DNA from: Candidatus Poseidoniaceae archaeon
GTDB taxonomy: Archaea > Thermoplasmatota > Poseidoniia > Poseidoniales > Poseidoniaceae
NCBI GenBank assembly: GCA_943789275.1
Contig: CALSTM010000001.1
Coordinates: 390,001-422,000 of the forward strand
Length of the DNA stretch: 32,000 nt
Reading direction: 5' to 3'
In this document: positions 1 to 7,195 of the stretch, piece after piece
Layout of the letters: the number at the start of each line of letters is the position of its first letter
How positions within the stretch are numbered: position 1 is the stretch's first letter
Made by a program: the position numbers and the translations under genes
Notes under the pieces: model-generated
What the model saw: the letters and a program-made list of their open reading frames with translations, nothing else
Told to the model about the DNA's origin: nothing
Database searches by the model: none

Positions 1-284
1 CACAACTCGATGGTGTGTTCTTGGGCCACATGTTGGCCACCTACGCTTTACCGTTCACACCACCAACTGAGGAAGGAGAATTACCGGGTGGAAACTGGAA
101 GCAATCGTTAGACGCAGCATTCCGTTCGACTCAAATGGCGTATCCAAACGGGAAAATCATATTTTCCATGGACAAAAAGGCGTTCAAGGGTTGGCAGAGG
201 CAAGCGATTCGAGACCACCTGGAAACGCTTCAGTCCCCTCTCTTGACCTCAAAGAATATTCGGGCACTCCTTGAAACTCAATAA
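1..284 (+). CDS. 3' end of a CDS entering from upstream of the window; hypothetical protein
   Basis: Frame 3 is open from nt 3 to the TAA at 282-284, and the track start at 15 is an internal TTG. Codon usage looks coding-like. I recognise no family motif in ...GNWKQSLDAAFRSTQMAYPNGKIIFSMDKKAFKGWQRQAIRDHLETL... Confidence 0.4.
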   Translation, partial: QLDGVFLGHMLATYALPFTPPTEEGELPGGNWKQSLDAAFRSTQMAYPNGKIIFSMDKKAFKGWQRQAIRDHLETLQSPLLTSKNIRALLETQ

Positions 285-345
285 CCAGCACTGCAAAAGG
301 TAAGCCTCAAGAGTCTCCTTCACTGACGCACAATAAGGTGAGTGC

Positions 346-1323
346 ATGGTCGGATGGGTTTCCAAATCAATCGTGGCCATGACCATCCGTATGCCGCGAT
401 GGTTTGTCGGCTGGGTTTCTCGCCGGTATGTTGCAGGGCCACGCTTAGAGGATGCAGTTGGAATCATGAAACGGCTTTCAAAAGAGGAGGCATGCTTCAC
501 TGTTGATGTCCTCGGTGAAGAAATCTCTTCGATGGAAGAAGCCCAATTTTTCCTCGATGAATACTTGAAGGTCATTGAAGCCATTTCTGAGCACAATCTC
601 GATTCGAACCTCTCCATCAAACCGACGGCATTCGGACTTCTCATCGATGAAAAGAAGGGCATGGAGAACATCGAAAAACTCGTTCGCACTGCCCATTCTC
701 ACAACCTCTTTGTTCGACTGGACATGGAAGACCACCGGGTGACAACCTCCACGATACAGGTCGTCATCGATTTGCACAAGCGGGGCCTTACCAATGTTGG
801 AACAGTGCTTCAAGGTCGACTTTTCAGAACTCTTGACGACATCAACGAACTGGAAACTGAACTTGGACCTTATGCAGACTATCGAATTTGTAAAGGCATC
901 TACCTTGAGCCTGAAGACATTGCTTATACCGCTTACCAAGACATTGTTGACGCAACGAATGCCTGTGTTGACCGTATGCTCGCAGCCGGCTCGTACTGTT
1001 CAATCGCCAGCCACGATGTACCGGTTATTGAGTATGCAAAATCAGCTCTCGAAGCATACGGCATGGGCCCGAATATCCCTGACCCGAGGAGCAATGCTGG
1101 TCCCCAACGAGACGCGAAAGGCCCAGGCTATGAATTCCAAATGCTTCTCGGGGTTCGTGGTCCATTGCGCAGGAAACTCGCCAAAGCAGGTCACCGTACT
1201 CGAGTCTACATCCCTTATGGAGAAAAGTGGTACGAATACAGTATCCGTCGTTTACAGGAGAATCCGACGATAGGAACACAAGTGGCAAAGGCTTTCCTCA
1301 TGCCATGGACAAATCGGCCTTGA
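346..1323 (+). CDS. proline dehydrogenase (monofunctional PRODH/PutA-type)
   Basis: ATG at 346 is preceded by AAGGTGA. Typical PRODH blocks are present: RRYVAGPRLEDAV, LSIKPTAFGL, VRLDMEDH, GTVLQGRLFRT, YRICKGIY, ASHD, EFQMLLGV and YIPYGEKWYEYSIRRLQENP. Internal ATGs at 379 and 391 are alternative starts. Confidence 0.85.
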   Translation: MVGWVSKSIVAMTIRMPRWFVGWVSRRYVAGPRLEDAVGIMKRLSKEEACFTVDVLGEEISSMEEAQFFLDEYLKVIEAISEHNLDSNLSIKPTAFGLLIDEKKGMENIEKLVRTAHSHNLFVRLDMEDHRVTTSTIQVVIDLHKRGLTNVGTVLQGRLFRTLDDINELETELGPYADYRICKGIYLEPEDIAYTAYQDIVDATNACVDRMLAAGSYCSIASHDVPVIEYAKSALEAYGMGPNIPDPRSNAGPQRDAKGPGYEFQMLLGVRGPLRRKLAKAGHRTRVYIPYGEKWYEYSIRRLQENPTIGTQVAKAFLMPWTNRP

Positions 1324-1356
1324 TCAGTTTCGAGGCCTTTTCTTCTTTCTTTTGTT
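1316..1356 (+). terminator. hairpin plus T-rich tract straddling the proline dehydrogenase stop
   Basis: GGCCT (1316-1320) and AGGCC (1333-1337) are reverse complements around a 12-nt loop containing the stop codon. TTTTTCTTCTTTCTTTTGTT (1338-1356) follows. Oligo-T is the known archaeal termination signal. The tract is the antisense of the Lys-rich tail codons of the convergent gene. Confidence 0.3.
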
Positions 1357-2133
1357 GCTCGGAGTTACGCCTTTTTTGACAATTTCCTTAGGCAGAATAG
1401 GGTTTGGATTGAATCCCAGTTTTCCTTCCTTCCATGCTTGGCGACGTTCCCGAGGTGTTCGAGGTGCAAAATATTCTGGATTTGGAGGCTCGTGCAAGTA
1501 CATTCTCTTGATGTCCGGGGCTTCAACCGTGCCCCGGAGTGTACGGCCCCTGCCCGTATGGATTGCTCGAATGCGCCAAGTCTGGTCGTCCAAATCGATG
1601 AGAAAGCCCGCAGTATAGGTGGTCTCAGCGGGAACAATCAAGACATCTGCAGTTGAATCTTCTCCTCGTGTCATGGTAAGTTTGACTCGAACCATGTCGC
1701 AACGCAATGCTGATGCCCGAGCGATTTCACTTGCTACACAATACTTGAGAAGTCGTCCATCTTTACGTTCAATCTGATTAATCGACCATAATTTCTCTTC
1801 TTCTTTGAAAACATCTTCGAGTTCCAAAACTTCATCAGCGTCAATTTCAATCACTCTGGTCATCGAAGATGGGCCTTCGGTGAGGACGAAAGGAATCTTG
1901 ACCACCGGTGGAGGACGAATGTGAACGGTGTGAACTTTGTTACAGTCTTCACATTGAAGCAAATAATCCGCACCATTGCCCTTGGGTTTTTCGTTGAGAA
2001 TGAGGTGACCAGTCATGTCGTTACATGCAGGGCAATGAACTGCATTTTCAAGAAGTACTTCGTCTTCTTCGAGGAGTTCAGCTTCATCATCCTCGATGTA
2101 ACCGTCTTCTTCCGCTCGCTCGTCCATGGACAT
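1324..2133 (-). CDS. conserved archaeal zinc-ribbon protein (resembles the HVO_0476-type zinc-finger family), with an acidic N-terminus and a basic C-terminal tail
   Basis: The 269-aa ORF starts at ATG 2133. It has a CPAC-x22-CEDC zinc-ribbon pattern (HCPACNDMTGHLILNEKPKGNGADYLLQCEDCNKVH), an N-terminal acidic run (EEDGYIEDDEAELLEEDE) and a C-terminal NKRKKKRPRN tail. The family assignment is from memory of the archaeal N-terminal ribbon layout and was not searched. Confidence 0.65.
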   Translation of the reverse strand: MSMDERAEEDGYIEDDEAELLEEDEVLLENAVHCPACNDMTGHLILNEKPKGNGADYLLQCEDCNKVHTVHIRPPPVVKIPFVLTEGPSSMTRVIEIDADEVLELEDVFKEEEKLWSINQIERKDGRLLKYCVASEIARASALRCDMVRVKLTMTRGEDSTADVLIVPAETTYTAGFLIDLDDQTWRIRAIHTGRGRTLRGTVEAPDIKRMYLHEPPNPEYFAPRTPRERRQAWKEGKLGFNPNPILPKEIVKKGVTPSNKRKKKRPRN

Positions 2134-2221
2134 CCCTGTCTATGCGCCATACCTCTCATGCTTGAAGTCATCGGCTGTTACGAAACCAAGTCTTGAAGGA
2201 GTTTAGCCGGAAGGATACAGC

Positions 2222-2965
2222 ATGGCCGGCGATGAAGCAGTCCAGAATGACATTGGTAAAGACGGTGTCCTGGCCCATTTACTCTCTCCTGATCCTGCAC
2301 GTCCACGTGATGAACCAGAGATTGCCACGAACATTGGTATCCAATTGAAACACATGGGATTGAACACATGGTCCATCTCAATTCTTCGAAGACTTCGTGA
2401 TGCATTAGGCAGACTGCAACCAAAATCTATTCTTGAAGTTGGGGCTGGAATTGGGCACCGAAGTGCGTGGATTTACGATCTGTTCGCACTCGATGGAAAG
2501 CCACCAGAACGGTATCAACTGGTTGAGGACGGTGCTAAGTTTGCAGTCATTCTGCGACGTTTGATGCTACGCCATGACGCTGAGGCGTACACTAAAATTG
2601 TGGTCGGCAACTTGGATGTCCTGGCAGGCGAATCGAACGCTTGGTATGCTGCATCTTCGACTGGAGTAGAAATTGGTTCACCTCCTCTCGAGAAGCACCA
2701 CGATGCAATTATCGTTGATGGTACCTCTGAAAACAGGGCCCGAAATGTTGAGTCGATGCTGTCGTTCCTTTCACCAGGTGGTGTGCTGTTCACCGTTGAA
2801 CCGGACATGCCGCTCGGAAACGTCGAGGAATCGGATGTCGAAGGTATGAAACTGGTCGAAGGGTTCAATCAGTGGATGGAATTTATCCAGACGACAAATG
2901 AAACACATCATATCGCCTTCATGCCACTGTTCGGTGGAACGCTTGTTGCCGTGACCAAAAAGTGA
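2222..2965 (+). CDS. class I SAM-dependent methyltransferase (O-methyltransferase family 3-like)
   Basis: ATG at 2222. Motif I of Rossmann methyltransferases is present (ILEVGAGIGHRS), followed by an acidic residue at the end of beta-2 (LVEDG) and later IIVDG and PGGVLF blocks. The substrate is unknown. Confidence 0.55.
   Translation: MAGDEAVQNDIGKDGVLAHLLSPDPARPRDEPEIATNIGIQLKHMGLNTWSISILRRLRDALGRLQPKSILEVGAGIGHRSAWIYDLFALDGKPPERYQLVEDGAKFAVILRRLMLRHDAEAYTKIVVGNLDVLAGESNAWYAASSTGVEIGSPPLEKHHDAIIVDGTSENRARNVESMLSFLSPGGVLFTVEPDMPLGNVEESDVEGMKLVEGFNQWMEFIQTTNETHHIAFMPLFGGTLVAVTKK
2957..2961 (-). terminator. T5 tract 6 nt downstream of the S8 protease stop (minus strand)
   Basis: Plus-strand AAAAA at 2957-2961 gives TTTTT on the minus strand just after the protease TGA (2968-2970). 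It is made from the Lys-Lys terminal codons (ACC AAA AAG TGA) of the convergent methyltransferase. Confidence 0.3.
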
Positions 2966-2967
2966 TA

Positions 2968-4119
2968 TCAGCCATTGGCTTGGTCGAGGAGCGCTTGGAT
3001 TTTTAACAAACCATAGCCATAATCGTCATCGTGGCCGTTTTGACCTTCCTCAGGTTGAACAGATTGTTGAATCCACTCCTTGACTTGTTCAGAATTGGTT
3101 GATGAACTCGAATCTCCAAGACTCGGATTGTCTTGTAGCAACAAGGCTATCGCACCTGTGACGTAGACTGTTGCGGCACTTGTGCCGTCAACTAATGACC
3201 ACGACCCTTCGTAATTTATCACCGGAACTTTCTGTGCAGGAGCGACCAATTCAGGCTTTTGGTTGGGGTCGGAGCGAGGTAACATGAATGGGAAAGCACG
3301 ACCGTTGTTATCGCCCGTTGAAGAGCCACTCCAATGTTCACCGTTCTGTTTGACACCACCAACGCAAATCACGAGCCGTTCACTGCACGGACTTGAAACA
3401 TCTCCGTCATCTTCGTCACCACCATCGTTTCCTGCAGCTGCTATAACAAACACGCCTTGGTCGATGGCATCGGCAGCTGCCTCGTCGGAGCCTCTTCCTG
3501 AGCCGATGTTAAACGGCAAAACATCCGGTGCACCGCCAAGTGAGAGCGATATGATGTCAGCACCATTGGTCACGCACCAATCAATGGCTTCTGCGACATC
3601 CCCATCGTCTCCATAGCCATCATCTGAGAGTGCTTTTGCTACCATGAGGTCAACTTTGGGAGCGATGCCTTTCATCCATCCATCAGCAATCAATATGCCT
3701 GCCATGCTGGTTCCATGCCCGTGATCATCGTAGGGCGATGCTCGATCTTGAACGAAGTCCTTCCACATGACAATGTCTGCAGTATCGATGTCTGGGTGTT
3801 CAGGCATGATCCCGGAATCAACAATACAAACCGTTACTCCATTCCCGTTCAATTTTATACCGTCAAAATCAATCAGGTCAGAATAAACATCTTGAGATTC
3901 AAGTGCCTGATCTCCTGGTCGATAGGTTACGAAGCCGTCACCGGAAAAAAGAAGAGTCCCGATGTAAATCATTGAACAGAGCATCAAGATACTCACCCCC
4001 ACTGCTACAAATTTCTGAACAGATGCGAGATTTGCCTCAGTTGCATCGGTGGTTGCTGTTATGGGAATGTCTTGGACTTCGAACGCATACTCTTCGTTTG
4101 ACTCCTCTGGGCTTTGCAT
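2968..4119 (-). CDS. S8 family subtilisin-like serine protease, N-terminally membrane-anchored
   Basis: The Asp/His/Ser triad is in canonical contexts: VCIVDSGI, HGHGTSMAGI and DGTSAATVYVTG. There is one N-terminal hydrophobic segment (FVAVGVSILMLCSMIYIGTLLF). ATG at 4119 lies 9 nt after the upstream gene's stop. Confidence 0.85.
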   Translation of the reverse strand: MQSPEESNEEYAFEVQDIPITATTDATEANLASVQKFVAVGVSILMLCSMIYIGTLLFSGDGFVTYRPGDQALESQDVYSDLIDFDGIKLNGNGVTVCIVDSGIMPEHPDIDTADIVMWKDFVQDRASPYDDHGHGTSMAGILIADGWMKGIAPKVDLMVAKALSDDGYGDDGDVAEAIDWCVTNGADIISLSLGGAPDVLPFNIGSGRGSDEAAADAIDQGVFVIAAAGNDGGDEDDGDVSSPCSERLVICVGGVKQNGEHWSGSSTGDNNGRAFPFMLPRSDPNQKPELVAPAQKVPVINYEGSWSLVDGTSAATVYVTGAIALLLQDNPSLGDSSSSTNSEQVKEWIQQSVQPEEGQNGHDDDYGYGLLKIQALLDQANG

Positions 4120-4128
4120 TCAATCACC

Positions 4129-5352
4129 TCACTGTGCAGAGAATGCATGCACTGCCTCAGAAAAAGTCTCGGCAAACAAGCGTGCTTCATCCTCAGTGTT
4201 GTACATGTAGGCTGAAGCCCTCAATGAACCGTTTGAATGCCCCTTTGCGTTGAACCATGAATGGACGCAATGCTGTCCGCTGCGAACCATGACTCCGGCA
4301 GCCTCATCCAACAAGATTGCTATGTCATGTGCGGGTAAATTCCCCATCAAAATTGAACAGATACCACCGCGAAGTTTTGGGTCTTGAGGGCCAATAATTT
4401 CGATTCCTGGCAAATCCTTGATTCCATTGGTCATTATTCTGTTGAGTTTTATTTCATGAGCATGAACTTCATTCATGTCGTATTTGGAAAGAAAATCGAT
4501 GGTTGCTCCAGTTGCCATCATACCGGAAAAATTACCCAGCCCCCCTTCAAACCGAGCAGGTGGTTTGGCCCAGTCAATGGAATCGTAGGTTGAATTCGAA
4601 ACAGTTTGACCGCCGGACTGAATTGTACGTAAATTGTCCAGCAAATCGTATCGACCCCACAGACCCCCCATTCCAGAAGGGCCGCACATCTTATGAATTG
4701 AAAATCCCATGAAATCGATGCCTAAATCTTGTACATCAACACGCATGTGTGGAGTAGATTGCGCTCCATCAACACATACCAATGCACCATGGTCGTGAGC
4801 AATTCGGGCGATTTCTTTGATTGGTATCTGTACACCATCAAGGTTGCCTACTTGGCTCATCGATACCATCTTGAGTCGATTTCCTGCTTCTGCACATGCC
4901 TTTTCAAACGCTTCAAGATTGAAGGTATTGTCTTGGTTTGAAGCGACGGTACGGTGATCGATACCTTGCTCCTTTTCCAGTTGTATCCACGGTACAAGAT
5001 TTGAATTATGTTCTCGGTCGGTGGTGAGAACCACATCGCCTGGTGCCCATTTCATACCGTGGGCCACTTGATTAAGGGAATGCGTAGCATTTCGAGTGAA
5101 GACGACCTCGTTTGCAGATTCAGCGTTCAAAAACCTTTGAAGTTTCATTCTTGCTTCGTTTGTTGCTCTCGAAACTTTGGTACCGTATCGATGAACGGAT
5201 CTCCCACCGCATCCTGGTGTTTTTGTGTAGTAGTCTGTAATGGATTGTATTACGCAATCCGGTTTGAGGGTCACGCAGGCATTATCAAGATAGGCTGGTG
5301 GGGAATCTGAACGTAGTGTCGGGAATTCCATTCGAATTTTATTGATGTCCAT
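4129..5352 (-). CDS. sufS: cysteine desulfurase, SufS/CsdA-type (class V aminotransferase)
   Basis: N-terminus is IRMEFPTLRSDSPPAYLDNACVT. The PLP-lysine context is FSIHKMCGPSGMGGLWG and the catalytic-Cys loop is VRSGQHC. I use the ATG at 5352-5350; the track start at 5358 is a TTG. This ATG overlaps the upstream stop as TAATG. Confidence 0.85.
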   Translation of the reverse strand: MDINKIRMEFPTLRSDSPPAYLDNACVTLKPDCVIQSITDYYTKTPGCGGRSVHRYGTKVSRATNEARMKLQRFLNAESANEVVFTRNATHSLNQVAHGMKWAPGDVVLTTDREHNSNLVPWIQLEKEQGIDHRTVASNQDNTFNLEAFEKACAEAGNRLKMVSMSQVGNLDGVQIPIKEIARIAHDHGALVCVDGAQSTPHMRVDVQDLGIDFMGFSIHKMCGPSGMGGLWGRYDLLDNLRTIQSGGQTVSNSTYDSIDWAKPPARFEGGLGNFSGMMATGATIDFLSKYDMNEVHAHEIKLNRIMTNGIKDLPGIEIIGPQDPKLRGGICSILMGNLPAHDIAILLDEAAGVMVRSGQHCVHSWFNAKGHSNGSLRASAYMYNTEDEARLFAETFSEAVHAFSAQ

Positions 5353-6563
5353 TACCAAGCCTCCATATCAGATAAAAAGTCGAGAACTGGCGCATTGATG
5401 CCACAATGGGGGCAATCATGGCGAGAGGGGGATAGGGTGGAGCACGATGCACATTCAGTTCCAACAGCATTTGAATTGGAGCATCCTGCAGAAGGGCAAG
5501 GAACCATCACTACGCCATTCGCATCACGGTATATATTCATTGGTTTTTCACATTCAGGGCATTGAGACTCTTGATGCAGTTCTGCTGCGAGGACACCTCC
5601 AATTTCTCTTTCAGCGTTAATTGCGGCCTTTGTCGTAACTTGGGTTCCAGTGCCGAGCATTCGTTGTGGATACCATATGATTCCCATGTAGAGCGGCATC
5701 GAGAGAACACCAGCCACAATGTGAACGGAGAGTGAGCCAATTCGGTCACCACCACGTTCGGATACAAAGTGAGCACCAGCCCAAGAGGAAATAAGTATCA
5801 AAATAAACCAAGTTCCTAATACAAAGCCCCAACCACGAAGTGAATGCTCTGCCATTTCCATTTCCATAAGACGGACATCCTCGTGAACATGGTATTCTTC
5901 GACATGCAAGTTCCGCGTTTCAATTACCGCCTTTCCGAAATTATAGATGAAAAACAGAACAATCAACAGGATGAGAGTCCCTAACATCATATCACCAAGT
6001 GTGGCACCTGATGGGAAATCAATTTGGTTCAGATGGAAAAAGAGTTGCGATACCATTGTGAGATTCCACAATACGAGGAGAGATATTGCGTGTATACGAA
6101 TAACAGGGAAAAGCCTCCATATTTGCATGGTGAAGATGCTCCAGCAAATCAGTGAAAGAAGCATCTGGAAGAAAGCGACTCCTCGCACAGCGGCTAGGCC
6201 GTCCCAGGCTACTTTCTGTGCATCCCCGCCACTGAGCAACTCCGTTGAGACAGCCCCGAGGAGAAAACCCGCCAGCCCAATAGCGAGCGTTACCCAATAT
6301 TCACTGTTCCATTCACGGGCAGCCAATTTGGACTGAAACTTTAATTCAGACTGAATCACATCGAGAGGTTTAGCAAACGGATATTTTTCAGAAAATGCAA
6401 TGACTGGGCGGATGTCACGCAATCGGAACGGAAGAACTGCATGGTCCTCTTCTTCGCGTCCAAGAGGTACGACCTCTACGCTCATACCCGACGCAACCGG
6501 TTCACCTTTGAGACCTTTCGCTTTGAGCGTCTCAAAAAAAGAAAAGTTTCGAGGGGTGAGCAT
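5352..6563 (-). CDS. polytopic membrane protein with two C-terminal zinc-ribbon-like Cys clusters; function unknown
   Basis: The 403-aa ORF starts at ATG 6563. It has a roughly 90-aa soluble N-terminus, about six hydrophobic segments, and a C-terminus with CPEC-x17-CPSAGC and CASC-x9-CPHC. Its stop is coupled to the sufS start. Confidence 0.65.
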   Translation of the reverse strand: MLTPRNFSFFETLKAKGLKGEPVASGMSVEVVPLGREEEDHAVLPFRLRDIRPVIAFSEKYPFAKPLDVIQSELKFQSKLAAREWNSEYWVTLAIGLAGFLLGAVSTELLSGGDAQKVAWDGLAAVRGVAFFQMLLSLICWSIFTMQIWRLFPVIRIHAISLLVLWNLTMVSQLFFHLNQIDFPSGATLGDMMLGTLILLIVLFFIYNFGKAVIETRNLHVEEYHVHEDVRLMEMEMAEHSLRGWGFVLGTWFILILISSWAGAHFVSERGGDRIGSLSVHIVAGVLSMPLYMGIIWYPQRMLGTGTQVTTKAAINAEREIGGVLAAELHQESQCPECEKPMNIYRDANGVVMVPCPSAGCSNSNAVGTECASCSTLSPSRHDCPHCGINAPVLDFLSDMEAW

Positions 6564-6568
6564 TAAAC
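6562..6568 (+). promoter_or_regulatory. possible TATA-like box for tRNA-Ser
   Basis: ATTAAAC lies about 27-33 nt upstream of the tRNA 5' end (6595), the expected archaeal TATA distance. The match is weak and it overlaps the divergent gene's start codon. Confidence 0.25.
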
Positions 6569-6594
6569 GCCAATGCTAAGTCGGCAGGTTACGA

Positions 6595-6677
6595 GCCGAG
6601 ATCGCATAGCCTGGTATTGCGCGCGACTGGAAATCGCGTGTCCTTGTGGCACGAGAGTTCAAATCTCTCTCTCGGCG
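6595..6677 (+). tRNA. tRNA-Ser (anticodon GGA), class II with long variable arm
   Basis: Hand-folded. Acceptor is GCCGAGA/TCTCGGC with discriminator G. Anticodon stem is CGCGA/TCGCG with loop CTGGAAA (GGA at 6629-6631). It has a 14-nt variable region and a T arm GAGAG-TTCAAAT-CTCTC. No CCA is encoded; GCC follows. Confidence 0.9.
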
Positions 6678-6753
6678 CCTTAATTACACTTGAGAGGGCT
6701 TTGTTGATCTACCTGCCAGACTTGCTTTTAATTGAATGAAACGAAGCGAACAG

Positions 6754-6758
6754 AAAAA
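6754..6758 (-). terminator. T5 tract downstream of tRNA-Thr (minus strand)
   Basis: Plus-strand AAAAA at 6754-6758 gives TTTTT on the minus strand about 23 nt after the tRNA 3' end. This is an archaeal oligo-T terminator signal. Confidence 0.35.
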
Positions 6759-6780
6759 TGGTTGCCGGGCTTTGCGATTG

Positions 6781-6855
6781 TGGAGCCACCGGCGAGAATT
6801 GAACTCGCGACCTCCTCATTACCAATGAGGTGCTATACCGCTAAGCCACGGTGGC
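6781..6855 (-). tRNA. tRNA-Thr (anticodon GGU) with genomically encoded 3' CCA
   Basis: Hand-folded reverse complement: GCCACCG-TG-GCTT-AGCGGTA-TAGC-A-CCTCA-TTGGTAA-TGAGG-AGGTC-GCGAG-TTCAATT-CTCGC-CGGTGGC-T-CCA. All stems pair, with one T.T at 13:22. The anticodon is GGT. Confidence 0.9.
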
Positions 6856-6880
6856 AGTAAAGACGGCGACCAACCCTTGC

Positions 6881-6887
6881 AATATAA
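6881..6887 (-). promoter_or_regulatory. TATA box for tRNA-Thr
   Basis: The minus strand reads TTATATT spanning -32 to -26 relative to the tRNA 5' end (6855). This is the canonical position and composition for an archaeal TATA box. Confidence 0.45.
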
Positions 6888-7009
6888 CCGCTTCGCGTCG
6901 ACTCATTGTCGAAAAAATCTACCTTTCATCGATAGGAATTACTCAAAGGCTATAAGGTGATTTTGATAAATCAATAAATGGAGAAGGCAACTTCTCTGGA
7001 TGGGATATT

Positions 7010-7195
7010 ATGGAGCGAGAGCTAGAAACAAAAACGGAGATGCGACAACGAGTTCGTGATCTTCAGAGCCAAGTTGATGAACTGAAAGACCTTGTGAACA
7101 CGCTTCTAAGTGTCATCTGTGAAGAGCCTGACGGCGTTCACAGTGGTGCTGCACCGACCATACCCGGTCAACCTGCACACAACTACTGCATGTGA
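7010..7195 (+). CDS. small hypothetical protein (61 aa) with a predicted coiled-coil N-terminal half
   Basis: ATG at 7010 follows an AT-rich stretch (TTTGATAAATCAATAAATGG). It shows a heptad-like amphipathic helix (ELETKTEMRQRVRDLQSQVDELKDLVNTLLSVI). Its stop abuts the rtcB stop exactly, like other convergent pairs here. No family is recognised. Confidence 0.4.
   Translation: MERELETKTEMRQRVRDLQSQVDELKDLVNTLLSVICEEPDGVHSGAAPTIPGQPAHNYCM

Noticed and set aside
4129-5352. SufS as part of a canonical suf operon
   Set aside because: No sufB/C/D/E/U-like ORFs flank it. The neighbours are a zinc-ribbon membrane protein and a protease, so I report only the orphan context.
6678-6780. Possible C/D-box sRNA or other ncRNA in the spacer between the two tRNAs, and in 6856-7009
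   Set aside because: I could not find a C box (RUGAUGA) and D box (CUGA) pair or a convincing stable stem. The T-runs are adequately explained as tRNA terminators.
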